Shown here one piece after another: positions 50,178 to 60,289 of a stretch of 64,000 bases of DNA. Position 1 is the first letter of the stretch. Every line of letters starts with the position of its first letter. Under the pieces are notes generated by a model, which saw nothing but the letters and a program-made list of their open reading frames with translations, ran no database searches and was not told the origin of the DNA. The DNA lies in the NCBI GenBank assembly GCA_048885525.1, contig JBHLLP010000003.1, positions 1 to 64,000 of the forward strand. The letters are read 5' to 3'. The position numbers and the translations under genes were made by a program. Source of the stretch: Candidatus Hermodarchaeota archaeon (GTDB lineage Archaea > Asgardarchaeota > Lokiarchaeia > Sigyniarchaeales > SOKP01).

Positions 50178-51053
50178 TTAAATTTCTCGTTTAAGACTAG
50201 GTAAGGTCTGGATTAATAGTTTAATTATTTTATCAATTCCATTCTCCATATCAGGATGGATCTCATTTGAATTAAGTAAATCATATTTTGAATGCCCTGG
50301 TAAATCCGAAACAGAGAGAACCGATACTGTTTTTAAATTGTAGATTTTACCTAGTAAAAATAAGATAGATGATTCCATATCAACAGATTGTACGTTTATT
50401 GAATTTAGTGCTCTTATGAAATCTATGCTTTCACAGAAAAGGGCGTCAGTAGTCCATAAATTAGTTTCTTTGACTTTACCTGGAAAAAGTTCAGTGCATT
50501 TATTCAAAAAAAGCTCTCTAAGTCTTTCATTGGGTTTAGATATGAAAATTGTTTGATTCCCAGTAAATAAGTTTTGAAATTTTCCCATTGGATTAGAAAT
50601 AGACTGTAATTCATTGACCAAATGAGGATATTCTCTAAGATATTGAGGACTAGTTCCATCATCACAAAAAGCTAATTTTGGGATTATGATGTCTCCAATA
50701 GTAATTGGATTATTATCGTTTTCTATTCCTCCACATACATCAATTCTTATAATAATTTTAGTTTTACATCGCCTTAAGGATTCTACCGCCATTGCGCAAT
50801 TAGGTGCACCAATTAGAGAACGCAATATAGTAACCTTGACATTATTTAATTCCCCGTTATATAGTCTTCCATAAATCCTTTTATTCTGCAATTTATTCAA
50901 TAATTTTTTCATAACCGTTTTAATAGCTGGAAGGATTACAATTTCATTTACATTCGAGGAGCTTGATTCAAGGATCATTCTAACAATCTTTTCATCAACA
51001 CTTATAAATTTTAGACCAACATTTAACAATTCGCTTTTGATTCTATTTAACAT
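50178..51053 (-). CDS. Nucleoside phosphorylase family (PNP_UDP_1)
   Basis: IGAP, CGG, DDGTS, WTTDA, VDMESS, VSD. Confidence 0.87.
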   Translation of the reverse strand: MLNRIKSELLNVGLKFISVDEKIVRMILESSSSNVNEIVILPAIKTVMKKLLNKLQNKRIYGRLYNGELNNVKVTILRSLIGAPNCAMAVESLRRCKTKIIIRIDVCGGIENDNNPITIGDIIIPKLAFCDDGTSPQYLREYPHLVNELQSISNPMGKFQNLFTGNQTIFISKPNERLRELFLNKCTELFPGKVKETNLWTTDALFCESIDFIRALNSINVQSVDMESSILFLLGKIYNLKTVSVLSVSDLPGHSKYDLLNSNEIHPDMENGIDKIIKLLIQTLPSLKREI

Positions 51054-51229
51054 TTTGATTCATTTTTTATTTATCGTAATTAACTAAAACCATAATTTTA
51101 GTTATATTCTAAAAGTACTGCACTAATTATTTATGTACTTATATTTTGAAAGAATATAATTTAATATCTTAATAAAACACAATTATTTATATAAACTAGT
51201 GAGAATTTTGGGTTTAAAGTGGTTCTCTG

Positions 51230-52522
51230 ATGAAAAATCGGTTTATCATCAATAATAAAATTACAAATGAATTTGTTGAAACTTACACTAAAACGACTTA
51301 CAGGATAGTTGGAGAGAATAAACATTCTTCAATTAAACCATGTCATTGGCTTGAGCAACGTTTAATGACAGGAAGAGATAATCGTAATTGTTATAAAGGT
51401 GTTTTCGGAATACAAAGTCATAAGTGTTTACAAAATACTCCTTCATTGCCCTTCTGCAATCATCAATGTGTTTTTTGTTGGAGGGATATCGAGTCAGGTT
51501 CCCTCGGAAGTGAATTTATTGTTGAACCAGATGATCCTAAGCTTCTTATTGATGAGATGTTTCGACACCATAAGGACATTATCAAGAATCACCTACCGTT
51601 GAGGAGATATCTCGACAATTATGAAATAATGCTTGATATTCTTTATTATATGCTTTTAAATGACAAGGAAATCCATAATATACATTCTCTTGGAAAAAAG
51701 ATTCATATTTCAAAGAATAAAATTGAAAGGGCAATTACTCTTTTGAAGAATCAAAAATTTATTAAACCGATTAATCGTTTATTCAATAAATTTAGTTTAG
51801 ATGATGATATCCATTGTTGCATTGGATCCAGAGAGGAATTAGAAATATTAATTAACAGAGAATTGACAACACCTGACGACATAATGCAAGCTCATAATGA
51901 AGCAATGACACCAAATCATTCAGCTATATCTCTTGATGGAGAACCAATTCTATATCCAAAAATTTCTGAATTTGTTAAAGAATTTAGAAATCGCCATATG
52001 ACAACCTTTATAGTCACTAATGGAAGTTTACCAAAAAAAATTGAAAAGCTGGAACACTTACCTACGCAGTTATATATAACATTACCAGCTCCAAATGAAC
52101 AGATTTATAAGAATGTTTGTCGTCCTATGATTAGAAATGGTTGGAATAATATAATAAGAAGTTTAGAATTGATTGAATCTTTATCTTGTAGAACATTAGT
52201 CAGGCTAACAGCAGTAAAAAATTTGAACATAGCTGATAAATATATAAATGAATATGTTAAAATTATTGAAAAAGCAAATCCTAATTTCTTTGAAATTAAA
52301 GGTTTTACATTACAAGCTAAAGCTTTATTAATAAACAAAAGATTGAAAAAAAAAACTCAAGTTAAGGAATATTTTCCGGAGTATGATTATTTAGAGGATT
52401 TTGCTTTAGAGTTCGAGAGGGTGAGCGGATTTCCATTAGTTTATAGAAATGAACCAAGTCGAGATTTTTTATTTGCAGTAAATTGGGATAATAATAAAGA
52501 TCCAAAGATAATTAGTCCTTAA
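51230..52522 (+). CDS. taw1: 4-demethylwyosine synthase Taw1/TYW1 with internal insertion
   Basis: HSSIKPCHW, CYK..FGIQSHKCLQ.TP, CNHQCVFCWR, AISLDGEP, TFIVTNG, PTQLY, EIKG. Confidence 0.92.
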   Translation: MKNRFIINNKITNEFVETYTKTTYRIVGENKHSSIKPCHWLEQRLMTGRDNRNCYKGVFGIQSHKCLQNTPSLPFCNHQCVFCWRDIESGSLGSEFIVEPDDPKLLIDEMFRHHKDIIKNHLPLRRYLDNYEIMLDILYYMLLNDKEIHNIHSLGKKIHISKNKIERAITLLKNQKFIKPINRLFNKFSLDDDIHCCIGSREELEILINRELTTPDDIMQAHNEAMTPNHSAISLDGEPILYPKISEFVKEFRNRHMTTFIVTNGSLPKKIEKLEHLPTQLYITLPAPNEQIYKNVCRPMIRNGWNNIIRSLELIESLSCRTLVRLTAVKNLNIADKYINEYVKIIEKANPNFFEIKGFTLQAKALLINKRLKKKTQVKEYFPEYDYLEDFALEFERVSGFPLVYRNEPSRDFLFAVNWDNNKDPKIISP

Positions 52523-52533
52523 TAACTCATTTA

Positions 52534-53172
52534 TTAGTACTTCTGTAAGCTCAAATAACCCTGGATTGTTTTTTTTAACATTGAAAGATTTGTTTTTTTT
52601 AATGCTGAAAATTCTAAAAAAGGTACTTCTTGCACTTTTTCATGTTGATAATGATTTAAGTGAACCAAGTTTAATCCATATTCTATTGCTGATTTAATAA
52701 AGAGTGTGATTATTCTATCTTTATCGAGATTAGAAATCCTATCGATCTTATTAAAAATTATAAGAAGAGGAATTTTAAATTCGCTTAGAAACTGAATTAA
52801 TTCAAAACTTAATGGAATTGTTTTCCTATTTTGAATGAAATATTTTTCAATTTCATCTTCGATTCTTAAAATATTTACTACTATTAACCCAAAAAAATAT
52901 TCCTTATGGTGCTTCTCAATATGAACTACAATTTGCTTTTTAATATGTTCTCCTCTTCTACGGCTGGAATGAGTTATATATCCAAATCCTGGAAGATCAA
53001 CAATTTCATAAGGTAAATTATTTTGAGTAAACTTTTTTATCAGTAAAGTGCTACCTGGAGATTTTCCAATTTTACCTTTAAATTTTCTAGGATTTGGCAT
53101 CAATAATCTTGTTATTGAGCTTTTTCCTACATTTGAATTTCCAATAACTAATAATAAGGGTTTTTGTTTCAT
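52534..53172 (-). CDS. engB: EngB/YihA-family GTP-binding protein
   Basis: GNSNVGKSS, PGST, DLPGFGY, NKID, SALK. Confidence 0.85.
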   Translation of the reverse strand: MKQKPLLLVIGNSNVGKSSITRLLMPNPRKFKGKIGKSPGSTLLIKKFTQNNLPYEIVDLPGFGYITHSSRRRGEHIKKQIVVHIEKHHKEYFFGLIVVNILRIEDEIEKYFIQNRKTIPLSFELIQFLSEFKIPLLIIFNKIDRISNLDKDRIITLFIKSAIEYGLNLVHLNHYQHEKVQEVPFLEFSALKKTNLSMLKKTIQGYLSLQKY

Positions 53173-53196
53173 TTTATCTCTTAACTAATTCCAAAC

Positions 53197-54093
53197 TTAT
53201 ATGTCAAGAAAGTCCTCATCAAGAAAATCTTTAAACATTCTTTTTTTCTCTTCTGGTTTAATAATCGGTCTTGTGCTAATAGGTTCTCCAGATTCCTCTA
53301 AAATTTCTCTTAAGGTTTTAATATTAATATTTATTTTAAATGTTCCATCTCTAAGAAATCTTACAACTTGTTTATCATTATAATTTAACCTTAGAATATA
53401 ACCCAATCCAAAATAAAATTGATGTTCAGGGATTGGATCAATAGGAGATTTGCTGGTTACCTCTTTTAAAACATCATATAATAATGATTTCGAAGCAGTG
53501 TGGTCCTCAACATTAAACACTAAATAACAGAGAGCGTGATACCAAATCTTATCACGTTTTTCTTTGATATAATCTAAGAACATTTCAGGAGTAATAAGTT
53601 CCTTTTCTTCTGTTTCTTTTCTTTTCAATAGTTCTTCTTTAATTCTTTGTTCCAATTCAGTTGAAACTGCAGGAGTGGTTTGAATTTTATCTTCTTCATC
53701 TCCTAAAACTTCAATTTCGTCGTGTTTTACTGTTTCGATAGCTTCTTGCATTTCTCTTAATTCATCTAAATCAATTTCATCCATATCAGAAAAATCTGAA
53801 ATCATTGCTTCTTTTAATTCTTGTTCTTCTTTAAGTTCACTTATAATTTCTATTTCTTCCAATGGCGCTTCACTAACTAATTCATCTTCAAGTAATTCTT
53901 CATCTTCCTTAACTTTATCAATTGCATCTTGGATTTCTTGAAGCTCTTCCATATCTAAATCTTGAATATCTGAAAAATCAGTCTCAAGTGCTTTCATATC
54001 TCTAAGATATGCTTCTAAATCATCATCCTCTAATTCCATTTCATCTATTTCTAGTTCTTCGTTTTCTTCTTCTCGGTTTTCGTTCATTATCAA
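53197..54093 (-). CDS. Hypothetical protein: highly acidic repeated N-terminus, folded (possibly winged-helix) C-terminus
   Basis: Glu/Asp-rich first ~165 aa with duplicated DFSD motif. Confidence 0.75.
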   Translation of the reverse strand: MIMNENREEENEELEIDEMELEDDDLEAYLRDMKALETDFSDIQDLDMEELQEIQDAIDKVKEDEELLEDELVSEAPLEEIEIISELKEEQELKEAMISDFSDMDEIDLDELREMQEAIETVKHDEIEVLGDEEDKIQTTPAVSTELEQRIKEELLKRKETEEKELITPEMFLDYIKEKRDKIWYHALCYLVFNVEDHTASKSLLYDVLKEVTSKSPIDPIPEHQFYFGLGYILRLNYNDKQVVRFLRDGTFKININIKTLREILEESGEPISTRPIIKPEEKKRMFKDFLDEDFLDI

Positions 54094-54190
54094 CTAAAAA
54101 GAGATATTTTATAAAATTTTTAATAGTTATATAATTAAAATATTGACATTCGTATAATTAAAATTGTCCTAAATATTAATAGACTTTAAC

Positions 54191-54904
54191 ATGGAAAAAA
54201 TCAACTTAGAAAATTTTAAAGGTTTAATTTGGGACCTTGATGGGACAATATATGATATCTCTGAAGCGATAAGGAAAGCTGTCAATGATTCAATAGAGAA
54301 ATATGAAATGAGTGTTAATCCAGATGATGTCTTGGAGGAGATTGCCCATTTAATTGAAGAGATCCAAAATTATCCTGTACCCAAAATTCTTCTTAATTCT
54401 TATGAATTATTAAAAGTTAATTTCTTAGAAGGAATTAGTTTTTTCAAGAAATTACGTATTGCTATTTACTTATTCAATCAATTTAATAAATATAAGGAAG
54501 CTGAATCTACAATTTTTAAAGGTATAGATAAATTAATTGCTAAAATTTATAATAAAAAACTAAGATTGGCAATTTTAACAAACAATAAAAGTCAATATGC
54601 TGAGGATGTCTTGGAAAAATTTAATCTAACTAAATATTTTGATACTATTATTGGATTTAATGATGTTTCTGAAGTAAAACCAAGTCCAGAAGGAATTCAA
54701 ATAATCCTTAAAAAATGGAATCTAAAACCTTCAGATACTATTTTTATCGGAGATATGACAACAGATATTGAAGCAGGTAAAGCTGCGGAAGTTAAAATGA
54801 TCTGTGTAGCAAGTGGACTCGCAAAAAAGGAAACATTAAGTGAACATAAACCTGATATTCTTGTAGATAACACAGAACAATTAATTACATTATTCAATAT
54901 TTAA
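54191..54904 (+). CDS. HAD-IA hydrolase (phosphoglycolate phosphatase-like)
   Basis: WDLDGT, LTN, KPSP, IGDMTTDI. Confidence 0.9.
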   Translation: MEKINLENFKGLIWDLDGTIYDISEAIRKAVNDSIEKYEMSVNPDDVLEEIAHLIEEIQNYPVPKILLNSYELLKVNFLEGISFFKKLRIAIYLFNQFNKYKEAESTIFKGIDKLIAKIYNKKLRLAILTNNKSQYAEDVLEKFNLTKYFDTIIGFNDVSEVKPSPEGIQIILKKWNLKPSDTIFIGDMTTDIEAGKAAEVKMICVASGLAKKETLSEHKPDILVDNTEQLITLFNI

Positions 54905-55109
54905 TTTAGAAATTCAAAAAATTTAATAAATTAATTATTTTGAACTTTTTATAGTGAGATTAGGATTTCTAGATATAATATAATCTCATAATCCAAATTA
55001 AATAGGAATATAGAACTGAAACATTGTAATAAAATAACGTATCATTGATGATTTAGTAAGGCTTAAAAAATCTTGTTTATACTATTAATAAAAAAAAAGA
55101 GGCTAAATT

Positions 55110-55664
55110 ATGAGTGACAAAGCTTTTGGATTTAAAATAACCATCGTGGGAGATAGCGCTGTCGGAAAAACTTCACTAATTAAAAGATATACCGTAAATA
55201 CATTTGAAAAAGACTATATTTCAACCTTAGGTATGCAATTTTCGAAGTATGAAGAAAATTTACATGGTGAATTGATTGATTTATTTTTATGGGATTTAGC
55301 AGGTCAAGAATCATTTAGTACCTTACGTGAGAAATTTTATAAAGGAAGTAGTGGTGCTATTATTGTATTTTCTCTTGCTCCTGAAGAAATTGAAACTTAT
55401 TATCATATTGACAAATGGAGGTTAAATATAAAAGAAGCTTGTGGTAATATACCAGTAATATTATTTGGAAATAAAGCTGATTTAGTAGATCAAAATGCAT
55501 TAGCTAATAGCCCAAATTATGCAACTTCAGATGTTCATGTTATGAAATTAGCTCAAGATCTCAATATTATGCAATATTTTAAGACAAGTGCTTTAACAGG
55601 TCAAGGGGTTAGAGAAGCTTTTCAGACATTAGTACACAAATTATATCAACGAGCTACCATATGA
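55110..55664 (+). CDS. Rab-like small GTPase
   Basis: GDSAVGKT, STLG, WDLAGQ, GNKAD, TSAL. Confidence 0.93.
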   Translation: MSDKAFGFKITIVGDSAVGKTSLIKRYTVNTFEKDYISTLGMQFSKYEENLHGELIDLFLWDLAGQESFSTLREKFYKGSSGAIIVFSLAPEEIETYYHIDKWRLNIKEACGNIPVILFGNKADLVDQNALANSPNYATSDVHVMKLAQDLNIMQYFKTSALTGQGVREAFQTLVHKLYQRATI

Positions 55665-55883
55665 ATTTTCTTTTTATGTCCAGCTTCAAAATATTTTTTA
55701 ATATATTGAGATAATATATATTTTTTAATTTTAAAAATTCAATTTAATTTACTGTAATTTTATCAATAACTTCTATTATAAAAATCTAAAATATCAGACT
55801 ATTACTATTTAAGAAAGTGATATTGAATTTTGAAGGATTGAGAAAAAAATTGAGTAATGATGATAAGGCATTTGGATTCAATT

Positions 55884-58136
55884 TTAGGTTCGTTTATAAA
55901 TAAAACGTTCCCAGCTTTTTCTGTTTGGTAATTCTAATGGCATGTTTTTCCGTCTTCGAATCTCCATAATAAGGTCTTCTTCCAGACTTGGTGGTACTTT
56001 CTCAAATCCTTTGAATTCATATCCAAAAAATGCTCTTCCTTGGGTTGATCCTCTTATATCATCAGCTATTCCGATTGTTTCAGCAGCAGGAATTTGACCT
56101 TGAATCCTTACATATTCACCTTCAGGGATGACATTTGTAATTCTACCTCGGCGTTTGGTAATAATGGTAGTCACTCCTCCTTCGCTTCCTTGAGGTGTTT
56201 TTATGTCTATCTTCTGTATTGGTTCAAAGAGATGAGGTTTTGCATCTAACATAGCTAATGACATAGCAGAGAAAGCCATTCCAGCAATCTGACCATATTG
56301 TGTATGTCTTGGATCTTCATGTATAGTCATATCTGTAAATACCACTTTAATTCCAGTAGCGGGTTCTTTTGCGATAATACAATTACCAAGCCAATCTCGA
56401 AAAGCAGCACTTAAATAGGACCTAACACGATCAAATCTCTGCAATCCAGTAGTACCATTTACAAGAGCACTTCCTTGATATACATCAACGATACGTCTTG
56501 CTTCTTTTGCATCCCATCCAGCTTCTTCCCTAAGTATTTGAGCTCGATCTTTTTCATTTTGTAAATCGTTGACTTTACCAGTTTCAATTAATCTTTCAGT
56601 TATTTCATCCAAAGGCTCAATATACAATAACATCCGATTGTGTGTATTTGCAGATTTAGTGTAATATTCTGGACTCTTTTCTGTTATTTTTTCTCTATAA
56701 ACGATAATTGGTTCTCCTATATTAATTTCTACTTGGTTATTAATTCTCTTAACTAAGATTTCGATTTGGAGGGGATCTATGCCTGAAAGTATAAATTCAC
56801 CTGACTCTTCATCCCTTCTATATTCTGCTGTGGGATCAGCTTTTAACCATTTGCTTACGACTTCATCTAATTTATCGATTTCGTGTGGATCTTTTGGTTT
56901 TATACTTCTTGAAACAACTGCTTCACAAGCATAATGGATTTTTTCAAAAGATGGTAAACTCTTTTTCTCTTCTTTATCTTTAGGGACATCATTTGATAAC
57001 ATAAAAGTCTCACCAGAAGGACATATAAACCCAAATAATGCAAATAAATTTCCTGCTGGAATTCTAGGAATGTCTAGTATATCTGTAATTTCCATTACAC
57101 CTAATCTTTTCACTCGGTTGGTCGAATCACTATTTATTAAATAAATTGAGTCGGCTTGATCAAATGTACCAGAAAACACTCGACCTATAAGTGTAGCTTG
57201 ATAATTTCTCTTAGGATCAAGGAAAATTTTAGTAATCATACCATATAATGGTCCTTTAGGATCACTTTTTTGGAGTGCCTGTCCAAGTTTAGAATTTAAA
57301 TCATAGCCCCAAATATGAGGAATTCTATATTTAGAAGCTGTTACTGGATCTGGAAGATGATCAACAATCATTCTTAACATAGGCTCATCTAATGGTAAGT
57401 TATCCCTTAACCATTGAATATCTCCTTCATTGTATTTTGCAAAAACATCCTGAGGTTTTAAACCTTTTTCAAGTAAAATTTCATATGTAAAACCCCATCC
57501 ATGTTTAGCTGATCCAACAGCAACTGAATTTTTTGCGAAGTCAATACCCCAATCAGATCCTTCAGGTCTGACCTTTCTTATTAAATCATTTACTTCTCTT
57601 GTAATTTTATCAATCTTAGCAAATGTTTCTTGAGGGCTAAGTTTTAATTCACTAATTAATCTATCAACTTTATTGATAAAAAGAACAGGTTTACAGAATT
57701 CTTCACCAACTGATAACCTAATATTAGTTTCAGTTTGTGTCATAACTCCTTCAAGGGCATCTACTAATATTATAGCGCCATCACTAGCTCTAAGCGCCCT
57801 TGAGACTTCACCAGTGAAAGAGATATGGCCGGGAGTATCATTAAGCTGAATAATATAAGGTTCTTCATCATCTGTTTTTCTTGGATCTTGAAAAGCAAGT
57901 AATACAACAGATGTAAAAATCGTGATTCCTCTTTCTTGTTCTTCATCATCTGAATCGGTCATTTGAAGTTGACCTGCATCTTCAGGTCTCATAAGTCCAG
58001 CTCTGCGTAATAAGTAATCAGTAGCAGTTGTTTTCCCATGGTCAATGTGGGCAGTAATACTAAAAATTCTCTTCTTTTCATATGAACCAGAAGTAACCAA
58101 TCTAGCGATTTCGTCTGGGTTTTTCACTTTAACCAT
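55884..58136 (-). CDS. Elongation factor EF-2 homologue, probably the divergent paralogue (aEF-2p type)
   Basis: AHIDHGKTT, RGITI, DTPGH, NKVD; domain IV HEDPRHTQYGQ lacks HRG. Confidence 0.9.
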   Translation of the reverse strand: MVKVKNPDEIARLVTSGSYEKKRIFSITAHIDHGKTTATDYLLRRAGLMRPEDAGQLQMTDSDDEEQERGITIFTSVVLLAFQDPRKTDDEEPYIIQLNDTPGHISFTGEVSRALRASDGAIILVDALEGVMTQTETNIRLSVGEEFCKPVLFINKVDRLISELKLSPQETFAKIDKITREVNDLIRKVRPEGSDWGIDFAKNSVAVGSAKHGWGFTYEILLEKGLKPQDVFAKYNEGDIQWLRDNLPLDEPMLRMIVDHLPDPVTASKYRIPHIWGYDLNSKLGQALQKSDPKGPLYGMITKIFLDPKRNYQATLIGRVFSGTFDQADSIYLINSDSTNRVKRLGVMEITDILDIPRIPAGNLFALFGFICPSGETFMLSNDVPKDKEEKKSLPSFEKIHYACEAVVSRSIKPKDPHEIDKLDEVVSKWLKADPTAEYRRDEESGEFILSGIDPLQIEILVKRINNQVEINIGEPIIVYREKITEKSPEYYTKSANTHNRMLLYIEPLDEITERLIETGKVNDLQNEKDRAQILREEAGWDAKEARRIVDVYQGSALVNGTTGLQRFDRVRSYLSAAFRDWLGNCIIAKEPATGIKVVFTDMTIHEDPRHTQYGQIAGMAFSAMSLAMLDAKPHLFEPIQKIDIKTPQGSEGGVTTIITKRRGRITNVIPEGEYVRIQGQIPAAETIGIADDIRGSTQGRAFFGYEFKGFEKVPPSLEEDLIMEIRRRKNMPLELPNRKSWERFIYKRT

Positions 58137-58471
58137 TTTATGTTCACATCGTTCTAATAATAGTTAAATTTCAAGTTATAATTGAAGAAAAGAATACAAG
58201 AAATCATAAAAGTTTTATGATTCTATAAGATAAATCAACAATTTCATTTAAAACAGATTATAGGGAGGATATAAATATTCAAATTTATTTAAGTAGATTT
58301 GATCCTATTATAATTTTAATAGTGAGAAGATAATGTTTTTTTTATAAGGTCATAAGATTTGAGTGAATTTGTTCTTCTTGAATTAGCAAGAACTACTATG
58401 TTTCTTATTGGAACATTAAATTTTGCAATTGTATGTATTAAAAGATGTGATTTAATTTCTTGGCTTCCTGC

Positions 58472-58630
58472 TTACATTGCTGGTTCTACTACTGGTTTTA
58501 CTATCTCTAATTTTTCTATAGCTTTAGCTAAAGAATTTCCAAAATTTAGCATTTTCTCAGCTGTATCTTTTAAGAAAATAACTATTTCTTTTAAAATACT
58601 CAAATCTTTAGTATCTATACCAGAATCCAT
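58472..58630 (-). CDS. Small hypothetical protein (52 aa) or 5' half of a nonsense-disrupted gene
   Basis: GGTGG SD then ATG: MDSGIDTKDLSILKEIVIFLKDTAEKMLNFGNSLAKAIEKLEIVKPVVEPAM*; frame stays open to 58316. Confidence 0.45.
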   Translation of the reverse strand: MDSGIDTKDLSILKEIVIFLKDTAEKMLNFGNSLAKAIEKLEIVKPVVEPAM

Positions 58631-58710
58631 TTAATTTCCACCAATTTTAAACTGGATCTTAAGATTTTTTAATTAAAATAAGAAAATCATCTATAAATTT
58701 ATTTATAAAA

Positions 58711-60168
58711 TTATAAAGCAAAAGGTAAAATCATATCTTTTAGAACACTTATAGTTATTCTTCCTGGAGCGCTAATAGTTTCAAAAGCAGGAGAAATATT
58801 GTTAATTCTAAAATTATCGGGAATTTTTTGAATAACAAAGTTCTTTAAGAAATTATTAAAGTCTATATATTCTCTTTTTGTTTCTACCCAGAAATAACCT
58901 TCTTTTTCGAAATATTTTGGATTTTTTTTTTTAAAACTGGCGACATGCTTTTTTTCTCCAATAGGAGGTCCTCTTCGAATGTAAGTTTTGGAGATCTGAG
59001 GTTTTTCGCAATAAACAGCCATATTATATTGATTTATATCATCTTCGAAATAAACTTCGAAAATTATCTTTCCAAAACGTTCAACATGAGAAAACTCTTT
59101 CTCTCCATTCACTATAAGGCTTTCACATAAAGAGTATAACTTGTCTCTATTAATAGTATAATGAATTTCTTTGTTGGTATTTAGTAATTCAACTATATAT
59201 ATGTGTGAAAGGAGAGGATCTTGTTTATTGGTTATGTCTGCTTGGGGAATTGGTTTAACTTTAAAAAATTTAACGCTTGGCTTTTTTAAAAATTCACTAA
59301 TTTTATAATTACAATAATTATATGCTCTCTGGGATATTGCTGAGGCAACATTTCGGTTTTTATCTATAGGATCAATAATTATAAGATAATCATTCTGAAA
59401 GTGAGTAATTTTTCTTAATTTTTTCGTTGGTCTATTAAAATAATCCAATGGCTTTGATTGTAATTCATTAAAATTTTCAAATAGATTTTTTAGAGATTTA
59501 AAATAAAAAATTAATAATTCAGCGCTGTATCCTATAAAACCTACTTTCCCTATAGGACTTTTATCACCATAACTATAACAAGATTTAAAGAATTGCTTTA
59601 AAAGTCTTACATCATTTTTTTGATTAAGATTAAGTTTATCTCTAATAAAATAGCCATGCCAAGGAGATCTATCAACCGCTGTAATAGGCCCATTCTTATT
59701 TATATATTCTAAATCCAAATCAAAATATAATACAATATCAATTTTAAGTTCTATATCATTTAAAAGATAATCCACTGTAACATATGGATGTTCAGCATAT
59801 AAAAGCCGTGGGTTATGAAATTCATCTAAAGTTAAACTTGGCAGAATCCAATTATTACACAATGTCAAAAAATCTTTTTTTGAATCTTTTTTTAACTTAC
59901 TCCTACTTAAACCTTTATATTTATCTTTATAATCATTAAAATCTAATCCTATAAAGAGATCTATGTCATAATCATCTTTTAATTGTGTTTGCTTGATTCC
60001 AGTAGAACCTTGAGGTTCAATCTTTATATAATTTATATATAATTCCTTAGCTTTTTTAGCTAACAATTTTTGTAGTTTAATAGTAATATTCTCAATCAAA
60101 GTTACCTCTTGAGCAGTAGGAATGATTTCCTTTAAAACATTGATAAAAACATCGTTAATTGAAGCCAT
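58711..60168 (-). CDS. cca: Archaeal class I CCA-adding enzyme
   Basis: GS...T.L..DYDIDLF, YAEHPYV, AVDRSPWH, VRLLKQF, GF.GY..ELL, DPIDKNRNVASA, GPP. Confidence 0.92.
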   Translation of the reverse strand: MASINDVFINVLKEIIPTAQEVTLIENITIKLQKLLAKKAKELYINYIKIEPQGSTGIKQTQLKDDYDIDLFIGLDFNDYKDKYKGLSRSKLKKDSKKDFLTLCNNWILPSLTLDEFHNPRLLYAEHPYVTVDYLLNDIELKIDIVLYFDLDLEYINKNGPITAVDRSPWHGYFIRDKLNLNQKNDVRLLKQFFKSCYSYGDKSPIGKVGFIGYSAELLIFYFKSLKNLFENFNELQSKPLDYFNRPTKKLRKITHFQNDYLIIIDPIDKNRNVASAISQRAYNYCNYKISEFLKKPSVKFFKVKPIPQADITNKQDPLLSHIYIVELLNTNKEIHYTINRDKLYSLCESLIVNGEKEFSHVERFGKIIFEVYFEDDINQYNMAVYCEKPQISKTYIRRGPPIGEKKHVASFKKKNPKYFEKEGYFWVETKREYIDFNNFLKNFVIQKIPDNFRINNISPAFETISAPGRITISVLKDMILPFAL

Positions 60169-60289
60169 TGAATTGGTTTTAAAACTAGGTTTATTGTAAA
60201 ATTTAATGGTATATTATAAAATTATTTCGATTTTTCAAAAAAATCTTATGGATGATAATTTGAAAAATTATAATTAATTTTAAAGTTGT

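Noticed and set aside
51590-51874. Possible intein in Taw1
   Set aside because: No C/S-start block, no HN-C/S/T terminus and no LAGLIDADG motif; treated as a domain insertion
58359-58634. Plus-strand 91-aa ORF
   Set aside because: TTG start without SD; composition looks like the antisense mirror of the minus-strand frame, which has an SD and ATG
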